From the UHGV virus genome UHGV-0289063: 47,718 nucleotides of DNA. The stretch is one strand, 5' to 3'. Position numbers and translations under genes: made by a program. The notes beneath the pieces are model-generated. The model was not told the origin of the DNA. It did not search any database and saw only the letters and a program-made list of their open reading frames with translations. Source of the stretch: a virus. Shown piece after piece: positions 18,380 to 28,202 of this stretch (position 1 is the stretch's first letter; every line of letters begins with the position of its first letter).

Positions 18380-19743
18380 TATTCAGGTGCCTCCATGTTA
18401 AGGATTTCACTCTGAGCGCCATTCCCCTGGAATGCAGGGTTCAGACCGGTGCTGGTCTGGCACTGTGAGTACAAGTCGTTCAGCGCGTCACCGGACAGGG
18501 AGTTAACCGCTGCTTCGGTCATGAACGAGAATTTCGCTTTAACAGCGTCACGTTTGGTTTTCAGTTCGCTTTCAGCGTTCGCCTGCAGCTGAGATTTCAG
18601 CGTGCTGATTTCATCGGTAAGTGGTTTCAGCGCCAGATTTACTGCAGCAGTAATAGCGTCAGAGTTAATCTGAGCCTGGCCCGGGTCGCCGCCACCTTCT
18701 TTCTTCTGCATCTGCTGGTTGTAGGCATCCCAGACCTGATCGTCGGTCAGCCCCTCGGTTTTAACGCCTGCGGCATTGAGCGCGGCGATCATCTTCTCTT
18801 TCATTGGGTTTGTTTCTCCGTTGGTTTTGACTTCGTACTCAGTTGGTTTGCGCACGACTTCTACTGGCTCACCGACGAGTTCAGCCTTGCCATCGTCGTC
18901 AATGAGGTACTTTTGCTGGAGGTATTTGCCGTTTTCCTCGTAAATGAAGCGATCAGGCCAGACGGCTTCCGGCCAGAAGTAATATGTTTCAGGCTTACCC
19001 TCGCTCATCTTGTTTCGCAGCGCCGAGCAGATTTCATCGAATGAGTAATTAGAGGCGTTGCTCAAATAAAACTTCGTCTTGTTCCACCAGCCATCTTTCA
19101 TGCTGTTGGCGGCATCAATGAGGTTGGTCGATTCAACATCGGCTTCCCGCCCGTCAGCGTTTACGAACATGCCGACACCTTCATCCGGCGTACCGGCGCC
19201 TGGCTCGTCGAGCAGGATCGCGATGTGGTCGAACTGCATGTTGTGAGCGACCCAGGAGTATTTCTTCTGCTTTGACTCTCCCGCCTTTTGTTCTTTGTTC
19301 AGCAGCAGTCCGGTGGAGACATGAATCGGATCGGCGTTATTGCCGGAAATCATGTCGTCCAGGCGCTGAATAAGGCGCTTACCGTCAGGCTTGGTGTCTG
19401 CCACGGCCTTATTGACGTATACGTCCATCACGACCTTGTCGTTGGCCTTGCTGACGTTCTGAGCCCACGCTCCGGCGTAGTAATCGTTGACCGCCTGCGG
19501 GTCGTTGGCGCTGACGTATTTGCCGTTCACCATCGGGTGACCGATCGGCATTAACTTGCGCTCCATCGTCTGGTAGCTGTTGTTAATCTCCTCCGCCGGG
19601 TACAGGCCGCCATTCATCACGATGTCATCGACGATCGGAACCGCACCACGAATGACGTAGTGTTCCTGGCCGTTGATGGTGGTCGTTGAGATGTTGGAGG
19701 CGTTGATGGCGAGGGATTTAACGTGGATGCTGGATAGCTTCAC
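18379..19743 (-). CDS. Prohead protease / scaffolding protein
   Basis: Position between the head morphogenesis gene and the decoration/major capsid genes; coiled-coil C-terminal portion. Confidence 0.5.
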   Translation of the reverse strand: MKLSSIHVKSLAINASNISTTTINGQEHYVIRGAVPIVDDIVMNGGLYPAEEINNSYQTMERKLMPIGHPMVNGKYVSANDPQAVNDYYAGAWAQNVSKANDKVVMDVYVNKAVADTKPDGKRLIQRLDDMISGNNADPIHVSTGLLLNKEQKAGESKQKKYSWVAHNMQFDHIAILLDEPGAGTPDEGVGMFVNADGREADVESTNLIDAANSMKDGWWNKTKFYLSNASNYSFDEICSALRNKMSEGKPETYYFWPEAVWPDRFIYEENGKYLQQKYLIDDDGKAELVGEPVEVVRKPTEYEVKTNGETNPMKEKMIAALNAAGVKTEGLTDDQVWDAYNQQMQKKEGGGDPGQAQINSDAITAAVNLALKPLTDEISTLKSQLQANAESELKTKRDAVKAKFSFMTEAAVNSLSGDALNDLYSQCQTSTGLNPAFQGNGAQSEILNMEAPE

Positions 19744-19760
19744 GTTGCGTCCTCTGATTT

Positions 19761-20681
19761 TTAGGCTGCTTTAGCCCATTGTTTACGTTCGGCTGCCAGC
19801 TTATCCGACAGACCCTCATTGAATATGCTGCCGTCGTCGTTGAGCAGCACCGGAATCTGGCTGCAATAGCAGTTGTACCGGTTGCCGTTCTCTGCGTAGA
19901 AGTCTCGCACCTCTTCCGTGGTGTAGACCTTGCCGTGACGGCTGGCATGCCAGGTGCGCGTTGTGGGCTTTAGCGCTGACAGCCACAGCAGGCCGGTATT
20001 CAGCCCCAGCCTGTCGGCAGCCCAATCAGTTTCATTCCATTGTGCCTGTCGCAGCGCGCCGACCTGCTCGGTCTGAGCGATGGTCTTGGCCTTCGACATG
20101 CTGACATCGAGGCGCTTGCTGATAACGCTGGCCGTCTCGCTAGGATTAACGCCGCGCGCAACCGCATCGGTGATGATGTTGGTCAAATCGCCACGAGCGG
20201 TGTCGCTGATGACCTTCCAGTCACTGAACGTTGTCAGCCTGGCCGCCGCCACCTGATTAAGGTGACCGGGACTGCTTAAGAGCTGCTGTAGCGTCGTCTG
20301 GCTGGCGTACACCTGCGACTGCTGCGAGAGGTTGTTGAAGGCCTCCAGCGTGCCGCGCTGCACTTCTGCGACGACGTAATCCATCGCCCACAGGTTCTGC
20401 TCGCCACCATCCAGCAGGTAATCGTCGAGAATCGACTGCACCGCCTCCAGCAGGTCAGCCAGTTCCTGCACCGACATGTCGTAGATGAACTTGCCAGCGT
20501 TGACCTGGTAGAGCCGCATGTCCGCGCCGTTGTCGTGGCAGAGAAAGTGCCAGTTGTGGCTGTTAGCCTCACGCTCTCGCCCGGTTAAGCGCTGGTCGAA
20601 CAGGGCTTTCAGCGCCACCTTGATAGCATAATACCGGTCCTCAATGTCGCGCTCCATCTTGCTGACGGACTTGCGCGACAT
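19761..20681 (-). CDS. Head morphogenesis protein (Mu gpF / SPP1 gp7-like); start revised to the internal ATG
   Basis: Follows the portal gene. The ORF-track N-terminal extension overlaps the portal gene by ~100 nt. Confidence 0.6.
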   Translation of the reverse strand: MSRKSVSKMERDIEDRYYAIKVALKALFDQRLTGREREANSHNWHFLCHDNGADMRLYQVNAGKFIYDMSVQELADLLEAVQSILDDYLLDGGEQNLWAMDYVVAEVQRGTLEAFNNLSQQSQVYASQTTLQQLLSSPGHLNQVAAARLTTFSDWKVISDTARGDLTNIITDAVARGVNPSETASVISKRLDVSMSKAKTIAQTEQVGALRQAQWNETDWAADRLGLNTGLLWLSALKPTTRTWHASRHGKVYTTEEVRDFYAENGNRYNCYCSQIPVLLNDDGSIFNEGLSDKLAAERKQWAKAA

Positions 20682-20688
20682 CGTGGGG

Positions 20689-22137
20689 TCAACTTTCGAC
20701 CGTGGTATCACCGGACTTTTCGGCTTCTGACTGAGGGTCGGCCAGAGGATCAGGTTTTGGTTTGTTGCCATCAGGCGGAACCTCATCATCAAGCTCAGGA
20801 AGTGGTTGCAGTTCGCCAGCAGCGCGGATTTCGTTCTCTTCTATAGCCGAGCGTCCAAACGCGTTTGTCGACTTCACGGCCACGTCCGCGAGCTTGTCCA
20901 TGTTGGCAATCTTCTCTGCCTGGCTCGGCGCCAGTAGATCGGACCATCCCACTGTAACTTCTTCGCCGCTGGCTGGAGGAATGAAACCAAGCGTCCAGAA
21001 GCGGGTAACCACCTCAGTGATTACTTCGGTCAGGAAGCCATTGCGTCGGCTCATACGGGTTTTTGCCCAGTCCTTCGCATCTTCCGTGCTGGCCCTTTCT
21101 CCTGTCTGCATGCCCACCAGCACCTTCACCGGGATCGGCACTGTGGAGCAGAACTCATTGAGCGCAGTCCGCCATGTTGGCTCCGGGTCGGCAACTGCCA
21201 CGGAAAGCACGCTGGTATCGCCCTCCTGCATGATGACGGCGCTGTCTGTGCTGTCATTGAGTCGGCGAACCTGATCATCCATCCCTTCTGAGAGTTGGGC
21301 TTCGCTAACGCCCAGCGCTCTAGCCAGCTGCGCAAAGCTTGTCTTGGCGCTGAAGTTGAAGTTGAGCTGTCGGCTGGCGTTTTTCAGGAACCCTTCAGCA
21401 GCACCACCAGACACTTTTTCGAGGTCCAGCAGTTTGTTGAATCCTTCTTCCAGCAGTGACTCGCCTGAATCAAGCCGCCCGTCATCAGATCCTTCAGCCA
21501 GGATGATGACGCGATCTGGGTGAACATTGATAATTCGCCCTGGCTGGCCACTGCGCTGCTGCTGCACCGGTATCTCGGTGAACGAATACATGCTCACAGC
21601 GCCATAGCTCTCGCTGTTCTGGTCCTCGTTATAGCTGACCGGGTCGAGCTGAGCCTCCCAGACCGGGATTAGCCTGACAAGCGCCCTTTCCTGCAGCTTG
21701 CCAACCGTCGCCTTATCAACCGGTTCCGACCATGGCTTGCTATCTTTCACCTGAATTAGCAGAGCAGAGTAGCGCCCTACCAAGTTGCGCTTGTCGGCGC
21801 CCTTAATTTGCTTCCAGCAGCGTTTAAGCAGCTTATTGACCCGCTTATCCCATGCTGTTTGCTGGGTTGCATCCTTAGTCTGGTCCCCTTCGTAAACTTC
21901 CGGGTAATCTTCCCAGCAGCCATCAACCATGCGCGTCACCGCGGCGCCAGCAATTGCGTTGCGGCGGTACGCCCGGTAAAAGTCATCGAAGCAAAGCTCT
22001 TTAGGGTACCCAAACTCCTGGTACAGTCGCTGGCGCTTGGTGTTACTGGTGCCATTGAACAGCGCGTTGACGTAACGCATCCGTTCGCGGTCGATGCTGG
22101 CGTTCGTGGCGAGTTGTTTATTTTCGCTTTCGTTCAC
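20689..22137 (-). CDS. Portal protein
   Basis: 482 aa; immediately downstream of TerL; acidic C-terminus. Confidence 0.8.
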   Translation of the reverse strand: MNESENKQLATNASIDRERMRYVNALFNGTSNTKRQRLYQEFGYPKELCFDDFYRAYRRNAIAGAAVTRMVDGCWEDYPEVYEGDQTKDATQQTAWDKRVNKLLKRCWKQIKGADKRNLVGRYSALLIQVKDSKPWSEPVDKATVGKLQERALVRLIPVWEAQLDPVSYNEDQNSESYGAVSMYSFTEIPVQQQRSGQPGRIINVHPDRVIILAEGSDDGRLDSGESLLEEGFNKLLDLEKVSGGAAEGFLKNASRQLNFNFSAKTSFAQLARALGVSEAQLSEGMDDQVRRLNDSTDSAVIMQEGDTSVLSVAVADPEPTWRTALNEFCSTVPIPVKVLVGMQTGERASTEDAKDWAKTRMSRRNGFLTEVITEVVTRFWTLGFIPPASGEEVTVGWSDLLAPSQAEKIANMDKLADVAVKSTNAFGRSAIEENEIRAAGELQPLPELDDEVPPDGNKPKPDPLADPQSEAEKSGDTTVES

Positions 22138-22148
22138 GGTTTCCTCCG

Positions 22149-23621
22149 TCAGCGCGAGCGCACCAACATGCCGGTTGATTGTGGTTCAGATAATTCGGTG
22201 AGCGCGTATACCGCGGCATCAAGACGGTCAGGTGACTTCTTCGCAGTCGATGGTACGTATTCCATAAACTGGTTCTCTACCTCGTAGAGGCTTCCCCTGT
22301 GAGCGACTCGGCCCTGCGCATATAGCGCGGAGATAGGTTCTGCACGTGCGTATTTGCCCTTACTGGCGTGCACGCGAATAATGCGGCCGCCGAACCCGGC
22401 ATTGCGCAGCGTATCTTCCGCCATATCGCCGCCCTGGTTGGTTTCGATGACGATCGCATCAGCTTCGTGTTGCTCGTAGGCCTCAATGGCTTTGGTAGCC
22501 CAGCCGTTGGGTGAATACTTCCCGCTGTAATCTGCATCGAGGCTGTATTGCCGCTCATCGCCGGTACCGTAAACACTGGCGACGGCAATGCCTGATTCGT
22601 CACTCTCTTCGCTGTTGGTCGCTTGCGGGTCGATTGCCACGACCGTACGGACCAGTTCCTGGGTGATCCGCATCGCGTGTGCGGCGCTGATCATCTCCTC
22701 GTTCCACAGCGCCCCCTCCGCGTTGAAGCGTTTCGGGTTCTGCATGTACTGGGCTTCGGCAGTGCGCCGGTGAGAAAACAGCGATACGCGGTGCGATTCG
22801 TTGTGCTTAAACGGCCACAGCCAGCCATCAGGCAAGCCGTGGTCAATCGGGATAGCGTGGGTGTTTTCCGGATAAGTTTCTTCGTAACTACGGCTGCTAT
22901 CGATGAGAACAGGCAGATTCAGGTGATGCCACTTCTCACCACTACCGCCCCGCAGCAGGTAACCACTCAGGTCGTGGTAGTGGATCCGCTGCATGATGAC
23001 AATCATCGGCGTCGTCTCGATCGCCAGTCGTGATTTGATTGTCTCGTTAAAGCGGTTGTTTACCCCGTCGCGGACGATCTCCGAGTAAGCATCATCTGGC
23101 TTAACCGGGTCATCGATAATCAACGCGCCCTGCCAGCCTGGCTCCATGTGTCCGGCACGAAAGCCGGTAACCTGCCCGGCAGCTGACGACGCGTAGACGC
23201 CGCCACCGTGTTCGGTCCACCACATCGCTTTGCTGTCTGCGTCATCGCGCAGTGCCATCGGCCACATCGCCTGATATGCCTGCGACTTAATCATGCCGCG
23301 CGCAGTGGATGAGTTCAGCAGCGCCAGGTTATGCGAATAGGACAGGTGCATGAAACGGGCCCGGCAGTTCAGCGCCAGCCCTCGGCCCATCATATTGATG
23401 GTCGCCAGTTCCGTTTTCGTGTAGCCAGGCGGAACGTTGATGACCAGGCGTTGAATCTCACCATCAATGACGCGGTCCAGCGTTTGCTGAATCACCTTGT
23501 GGTGAGGCGCGACAATCATCTTTCCGCCGGTGCGCTGCTTGAAGAAGTAGCGAGCGTAATAGAGTCCGTCCTCTTCGCATTCAACCTTACGGGCAAACGC
23601 CCTTTGCTCAGCAGTCGTCAT
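22149..23621 (-). CDS. terL: Terminase large subunit
   Basis: 490 aa with a Walker-type ATPase N-domain and a nuclease C-domain. It follows TerS with a 14-nt overlap. Confidence 0.85.
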   Translation of the reverse strand: MTTAEQRAFARKVECEEDGLYYARYFFKQRTGGKMIVAPHHKVIQQTLDRVIDGEIQRLVINVPPGYTKTELATINMMGRGLALNCRARFMHLSYSHNLALLNSSTARGMIKSQAYQAMWPMALRDDADSKAMWWTEHGGGVYASSAAGQVTGFRAGHMEPGWQGALIIDDPVKPDDAYSEIVRDGVNNRFNETIKSRLAIETTPMIVIMQRIHYHDLSGYLLRGGSGEKWHHLNLPVLIDSSRSYEETYPENTHAIPIDHGLPDGWLWPFKHNESHRVSLFSHRRTAEAQYMQNPKRFNAEGALWNEEMISAAHAMRITQELVRTVVAIDPQATNSEESDESGIAVASVYGTGDERQYSLDADYSGKYSPNGWATKAIEAYEQHEADAIVIETNQGGDMAEDTLRNAGFGGRIIRVHASKGKYARAEPISALYAQGRVAHRGSLYEVENQFMEYVPSTAKKSPDRLDAAVYALTELSEPQSTGMLVRSR

Positions 23622-24087
23622 CCTCCATCATCTCCTGCCGTGCGGATTTGTATTCCTCTTTGCTCATGGTGATCGTCTGGATGGCGCCACCATTCGGGCC
23701 GGAATGTTCAAACTTGTGCTTATTGGTGTAGGCATCGCCGCACTCCTTCGCCGCCTGCTCAATGATTTCTGTCGCCAGGGCAATGTTTCGCATCTTCTCG
23801 GCGTTATTCATCATCCGGTCAAGCGCGCGGAGACGATAAGCTTTGTTGGCGATCGGAATGTCGCTAATTTCTGTCTGGAAGCGCTTGCGGGTCTCGTGGA
23901 ATAGATCAACCCATTTCTGAGCCAGACCTTTCCCGCTTGCCTTTGTCGGATCGTGCGATTCAATTTGCTGAGGTGTAACTTTGATGCCGAATTGTTTTTG
24001 GACAGCCTCACCAACAATTGCCAGCGTGTCAAAGCATGCAAGTGATTGAATGATGAAGGCTTTGACTTCTGGTTTTAACGCAGCCAT
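23608..24087 (-). CDS. terS: Terminase small subunit
   Basis: 159 aa; overlaps the TerL start; acidic C-terminus. Confidence 0.65.
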   Translation of the reverse strand: MAALKPEVKAFIIQSLACFDTLAIVGEAVQKQFGIKVTPQQIESHDPTKASGKGLAQKWVDLFHETRKRFQTEISDIPIANKAYRLRALDRMMNNAEKMRNIALATEIIEQAAKECGDAYTNKHKFEHSGPNGGAIQTITMSKEEYKSARQEMMEDDDC

Positions 24088-24117
24088 ATATCACCACTCT
24101 TCCAAAGCATTCTATAT

Positions 24118-24756
24118 TCAAGCCAGTTTCATCAGGCACGTCCCGCATGCTCTGGCTATGTTAATTTTCGCCACTTCGGCGGGATTGTTTGCTGCGTCGA
24201 CGAGTTCCTGCACATCTGCACTCGCTCCGTAGCGGCGAACCACGCCGATAAACTCTTCAACATCGTGTCCGCGCATGCACAGCTTCGGTAATCCGCTATC
24301 ACGATAGAATTTCGGGGAGCCGAACTCATCCACCTCTTGCGCAATGTGGTAAAGTTCATGCTCTACCAGTGCGCAGAACTCAAGGTCGCTGCATTGTGAG
24401 CAGTAATCAGCTGCTAGGGTGATGATGAACTTTGGGATGCGCCCGAACCATTCATGCATCTGCTGTTCCATTCTGGCTTTCTGCCAACCACCGGCACGGA
24501 GCATCACCTGCTCGGCCTGACCGAGGACTAAGCGCCCTTTCTTCGCGAACGAGTCAGACGCCCACATAAAGCAGAGGTCAGCCTCTAACAGGTGCTCATG
24601 GTCAGGGTTATGGATGCTGCCGGAATCGCTGAGGATTTGGCGGCTTACCCACTCATGCACTTCATTTGCGGGAATGAGCCTGGTGTATGGCTGCCAGTTG
24701 TCGGAGGCGATGAAGTTAACTGGCGGATAAGGCCTGCGCTCGTCATCGTTAGCCAT
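24118..24756 (-). CDS. Hypothetical protein with an HExxH motif (putative zincin-like metallopeptidase)
   Basis: VEHELYHIAQ motif; C-terminal Cys pairs; located between the lysis cassette and terS. Confidence 0.45.
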   Translation of the reverse strand: MANDDERRPYPPVNFIASDNWQPYTRLIPANEVHEWVSRQILSDSGSIHNPDHEHLLEADLCFMWASDSFAKKGRLVLGQAEQVMLRAGGWQKARMEQQMHEWFGRIPKFIITLAADYCSQCSDLEFCALVEHELYHIAQEVDEFGSPKFYRDSGLPKLCMRGHDVEEFIGVVRRYGASADVQELVDAANNPAEVAKINIARACGTCLMKLA

Positions 24757-24759
24757 GGG

Positions 24760-24975
24760 TTACTCCGTCGTTTGTTCTTCTGGCTGCTCTACTGGCTCAA
24801 ACAGGAAGTCCTCAATGCTGTCCTGGCTGAAGTAGCGCCATTTGCCGTCATCCATTGCCAGAGCGACAAAACCATTGACGATTTCTGGCTGGCTTCTGGT
24901 CATGAGCCCAGTAAAGGACTCTTTGGATTTTTTGGTGATTGTGATTCGGTAGACGGTAGCCATTTCGTTCTCCAC
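24760..24975 (-). CDS. Hypothetical small acidic protein
   Basis: ORF with a 4-nt spacing to the downstream gene. Confidence 0.4.
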   Translation of the reverse strand: MENEMATVYRITITKKSKESFTGLMTRSQPEIVNGFVALAMDDGKWRYFSQDSIEDFLFEPVEQPEEQTTE

Positions 24976-25184
24976 GTGTCGCAGCTGTTGCCCTGCTTCT
25001 CAGAAGTGCTTAGCCACTTACGGCTTACCCGTCAGCAAGATGTGATCACCATCCTTGCGGGGTTACACAGATCATTATCGAAGCCCCTCAGCGAAGAGCT
25101 TCTGTGACGACCTACTTGTTTTCGGTCTGCTTATCCCATTCCTCGCGGAACTTGGATGGGTTATCGAAACCCTGAGTACATTGA

Positions 25185-25511
25185 CTATTTTGCATGCTGC
25201 CTTTCCTCTTCGATTTTTCGGATTGCCGCTTTATCCAGATTGCACTGCCCCAGCGCCGTATAGAGCTGAGCGTTTAACTCCAGACTTGCCTGCCACGTAA
25301 ACGGAACCGTCATTCCTGGGATCGGTGTATCTGCGGTCAGGTCAGCGCTTATCGGCACCACTGGGGACGGAACGTAAACTGTCTGCGTATTCCCGCAGGC
25401 TGTCAGCAGCGGCAGAAGGAACAAGCTGGTTAGCGCACGGATCTCCTTCAAGCGCCTGCCTGATGTAGACAATGCGCGTCTCGCCTTTTTTGGCCAGTTC
25501 GTTCTTTGCAT
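25185..25511 (-). CDS. Rz1-like o-spanin lipoprotein, in the +1 frame and partly embedded in Rz (start uncertain)
   Basis: Lipobox LLTAC preceded by a hydrophobic segment; Pro-rich mature part; overlaps the 3' end of Rz. Confidence 0.5.
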   Translation of the reverse strand: MQRTNWPKKARRALSTSGRRLKEIRALTSLFLLPLLTACGNTQTVYVPSPVVPISADLTADTPIPGMTVPFTWQASLELNAQLYTALGQCNLDKAAIRKIEEERQHAK

Positions 25512-25728
25512 TCTGGGTAGCCTGTGAGATGTCACGGATGAGGTTCATCGTGGTGATCACGTTGTTGGTGATCGCCTCAGATGTGTCGGCCCTGACCGTC
25601 GCTTTATCGCGCTGGTCTTTGTAGGTGATGGCGTTGTCGCGGTAATGGTTAACGAAGAACGCCAGCACGCCAATTACGGCCACCACAAGCAACTGCAGCC
25701 AGTAACGCTTAACCAGTGCGCTAATCAC
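25342..25728 (-). CDS. Rz-like i-spanin
   Basis: N-terminal TM helix plus a coiled-coil periplasmic domain; follows the endolysin gene with a 4-nt overlap. Confidence 0.7.
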   Translation of the reverse strand: MISALVKRYWLQLLVVAVIGVLAFFVNHYRDNAITYKDQRDKATVRADTSEAITNNVITTMNLIRDISQATQNAKNELAKKGETRIVYIRQALEGDPCANQLVPSAAADSLREYADSLRSVPSGADKR

Positions 25729-26165
25729 GACAGGAACAGAGCGCGCTCTGCCTCCCGGCGACGGGTCAGCCCGTTCAGGACTTTGCCACCAGCTTTATTC
25801 CAGCGCAGGAACTCATCGGCAGCGCCAGCGTAATCACCGGCGTTAAGTTTTCGCAGAAGAGTCGATGTCGACAATGACCGGGCGCCGAGGTTGTACGTGA
25901 ACGACACCAGGGCATCGAATTGCCCCTGAGTCAGGCTGACTTTAACCAGGCGGGATACGTCGCTTTCATAGCTGACCAGTCCGGTCTTCAGCAATCGCTC
26001 TGCTGTTTCCTGCTTAATCGTCATCCCTGCGCGGATTGGTTTCCCGTCGACAGGCAGAGTCCAGCCATAGCCGATCGTCCATACACCGACGCTGTCCTGG
26101 TACGCGGTAAGCTTGCAGCCTTCGAACTGCTTGATCAGGGCAATGCCTTTCTCACTGGTTTGCAT
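25725..26165 (-). CDS. Endolysin, T4-lysozyme-like (GH24)
   Basis: IKQFEGCKLTAYQDSVGVWTIGYG motif (catalytic Glu/Asp/Thr triad context). Confidence 0.85.
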   Translation of the reverse strand: MQTSEKGIALIKQFEGCKLTAYQDSVGVWTIGYGWTLPVDGKPIRAGMTIKQETAERLLKTGLVSYESDVSRLVKVSLTQGQFDALVSFTYNLGARSLSTSTLLRKLNAGDYAGAADEFLRWNKAGGKVLNGLTRRREAERALFLS

Positions 26166-26469
26166 TCTTCATCCCCGTCAGACGCTCCCAGAAGTACGTC
26201 AGTGCTACAGAGCCCATCGCCCCGCTGATACCAGACGTAACCAGAATCATGTAAAGGCTCAGCCCACTTTCAACGCTGATCAGTCCACCAATGAGACCGG
26301 TAAAGCCGGACACTGCAATTTGCGCCAGCGCATTGATCCAGCTCCAGGTGGCTTTGTTCTGCTTAACGTCAATAAGGTATCGGACAAGGCCGCCCCAGCA
26401 TGACAGAGCAAGGACTATCAGCCATGACACTCCGGCAATGCTTTCTTTATCTTGCATACGTTTAGCCAT
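26152..26469 (-). CDS. Class I holin with a lambda-S-type dual-start motif (MAKRM...)
   Basis: Three predicted TM segments; the two Met codons are separated by Lys-Arg; overlaps the endolysin start. Confidence 0.7.
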   Translation of the reverse strand: MAKRMQDKESIAGVSWLIVLALSCWGGLVRYLIDVKQNKATWSWINALAQIAVSGFTGLIGGLISVESGLSLYMILVTSGISGAMGSVALTYFWERLTGMKNANQ

Positions 26470-26564
26470 ATCACCTCCGAAAAAACGGGGTGCTGTTTGT
26501 AGTAAGGGATCAGGCCCTCGGGACGATTTAACAAGAAGGCATGTCGAGGATGGTTCCCGGAACC

Positions 26565-26594
26565 TGAGAATAAAAAACCCGGCGACAGGCCGGG
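26565..26594 (-). terminator. Intrinsic terminator in the late leader (second of two)
   Basis: Minus strand reads CCCGGCCTGTCGCCGGG followed by TTTTTTATTCTC. Confidence 0.6.
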
Positions 26595-26665
26595 AAGATG
26601 AGGGTAAGGCAATGTCGGCTCTCTGGCCGAAGGGTCCCAGGTAGTGGGTTCTGTGTGCGGCGTAC

Positions 26666-26698
26666 CGCAAATAAAAAAGCCCCGCATAATGGCGAGGC
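26666..26698 (-). terminator. tR'-like intrinsic terminator downstream of the Q-like gene
   Basis: Minus strand reads GCCTCGCCATTATGCGGGGC followed by TTTTTTATTTG. Confidence 0.6.
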
Positions 26699-26764
26699 TC
26701 TAAATTTTTTGTCGACCTACGAAGCTATGGCGACGATATCAGATTTACATGAAATATATGCGTT

Positions 26765-27454
26765 TCAATCCAGTTTTGCAAGACTTCTGTCGAAATTTGT
26801 CGCCTTTTGTTGTGAACGTGATCGCGTTACCTGCAATAAAGCCCCGCTATCCAGTCGCAGAAAGATACGTCTCATCTCAACCCAGCGGTCCGTAAAGGTC
26901 TCTGACCAGTTCTTTGGCGTTACACCAACCAGTTCCGCCAGCGCCTGGTATTCGTACGTCTCACGGCCAGACAACTCTGCTTTCACGTCCTGCGCCGCCA
27001 GCCATATCAGTTTCTTCAGGCGCTCCATCGTCTTGCCGGCCACCTTCTTCGCGCCGAGCTGTTCCCGAAACTCTGCCCATGCCCACTGGGTGATAGCCAC
27101 CTGGTACTCAAAGCGAATATTCTCGCTGTAGTTCCACAGCAGCCAAGCTTTCTGGTGATCCTCCAGCGACAGGACAGCGCGGCGCCAGGATGCAGTCACG
27201 AACTCAACCGGCCCCACCAGTGCGATTGACGATCCCTTTGCGCGGGACTGGCTGCCGCTCATTGCCGGGCCGTCTGGGTTAACTTTGCGGCCGGTGACCG
27301 GATCGGTGATTTTTTTCCGCCCCCGACTGCGCGCCGTCGCGGTGAATTGCGCGTTCTCTGCGAAAGCTACCAACTGGCCCTTCGTAGCCCAGCTGAGGTC
27401 TGCGGTCGCCACAATGAGCTGCTGACGTACGTATTCCAGTTGCTGACTGTTCAT
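26765..27454 (-). CDS. Putative late-gene antiterminator (Q-like)
   Basis: Position immediately upstream of the tR'-like terminators and the lysis cassette, at the end of the nin-type region. Not sequence-verified. Confidence 0.45.
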   Translation of the reverse strand: MNSQQLEYVRQQLIVATADLSWATKGQLVAFAENAQFTATARSRGRKKITDPVTGRKVNPDGPAMSGSQSRAKGSSIALVGPVEFVTASWRRAVLSLEDHQKAWLLWNYSENIRFEYQVAITQWAWAEFREQLGAKKVAGKTMERLKKLIWLAAQDVKAELSGRETYEYQALAELVGVTPKNWSETFTDRWVEMRRIFLRLDSGALLQVTRSRSQQKATNFDRSLAKLD

Positions 27455-27564
27455 GCGGCTTCCTTCTGTGGCTGGTTGGTTTGCTGGCTGTGCTTTGCTA
27501 CTGGCGGCATGCTGGCGCGCTTAACGCTTTCTGCCTGGTACTGCAGGAGGTCGGCGTGGTTCAT
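27451..27564 (-). CDS. 37-aa hypothetical protein, coupled to the Q-like gene
   Basis: ATGA overlaps at both junctions; RBS GAAGGAG. The translation initiation region is a near-duplicate of the Q-like gene's. Confidence 0.35.
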   Translation of the reverse strand: MNHADLLQYQAESVKRASMPPVAKHSQQTNQPQKEAA

Positions 27565-28202
27565 GCGGACTCCTTCTGCTTTGGTCCGCGATATTCACCA
27601 TACAGAGGTGCTCTTCCTCTTGGCCTGGTATGCCTGTGGGTTACTTTGGGAGAAAAAAGCGCATCCTCTACATTCATTCCATTTTTTAGTCGACGCTTGA
27701 TGGATGTTTCTGATACTGAAACTCGAGGATCCCTTGACCATTCTGTGGCGGTTTTCGTTTCGCCATTAAAAGTTATGGCTGTGCGTCCTTTTTTTGTGTG
27801 CTCAGGGATATGCACTCGAGATCGCATGACATTACACGCCCTGCACAGCACCCTAAGATTTGAGTCCGCATTGTTATCAACAACCTCATCAATGTGATCA
27901 ATATGCGCGGTTTTCCATGTGACCTCCTTGCCGCATTTTTCGCATGGTGGAAGTGTTTCTCCATAACGGTCGTAAACAACTTTTCGGTGCTCATATACGC
28001 AACCATTCGCCATTGATAGTGGGTGATCAGGAATTTTGAGCATTTGATATCCTTTCGCATTTTTATGCCTGAATTTCCCTTTACCGTTTTTTGTGAGTTC
28101 GTAGGTCCCGTAGCGCATCATTCGGAAGTAGTGCATTTGACAGATACCCTTCCCTGGGTAGTGTTTGCATTCACGATCACAACCTTCAACTTTGCATTTC
28201 AT
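27561..28202 (-). CDS. HNH endonuclease with an N-terminal Zn-finger; probable homing-type insertion
   Basis: CEKCGK...AHIDHID...NLRVLCRACN HNH motif. AT-rich relative to its neighbours. Confidence 0.8.
   Translation of the reverse strand: MKCKVEGCDRECKHYPGKGICQMHYFRMMRYGTYELTKNGKGKFRHKNAKGYQMLKIPDHPLSMANGCVYEHRKVVYDRYGETLPPCEKCGKEVTWKTAHIDHIDEVVDNNADSNLRVLCRACNVMRSRVHIPEHTKKGRTAITFNGETKTATEWSRDPRVSVSETSIKRRLKNGMNVEDALFSPKVTHRHTRPRGRAPLYGEYRGPKQKESA

Noticed and set aside
25107-25190. 27-aa minus-strand ORF (MQNSQCTQGF...) in the gap between Rz1 and the 24760-24975 gene
   Set aside because: Very short, weak RBS, no coupling. Noted only as a possibility.
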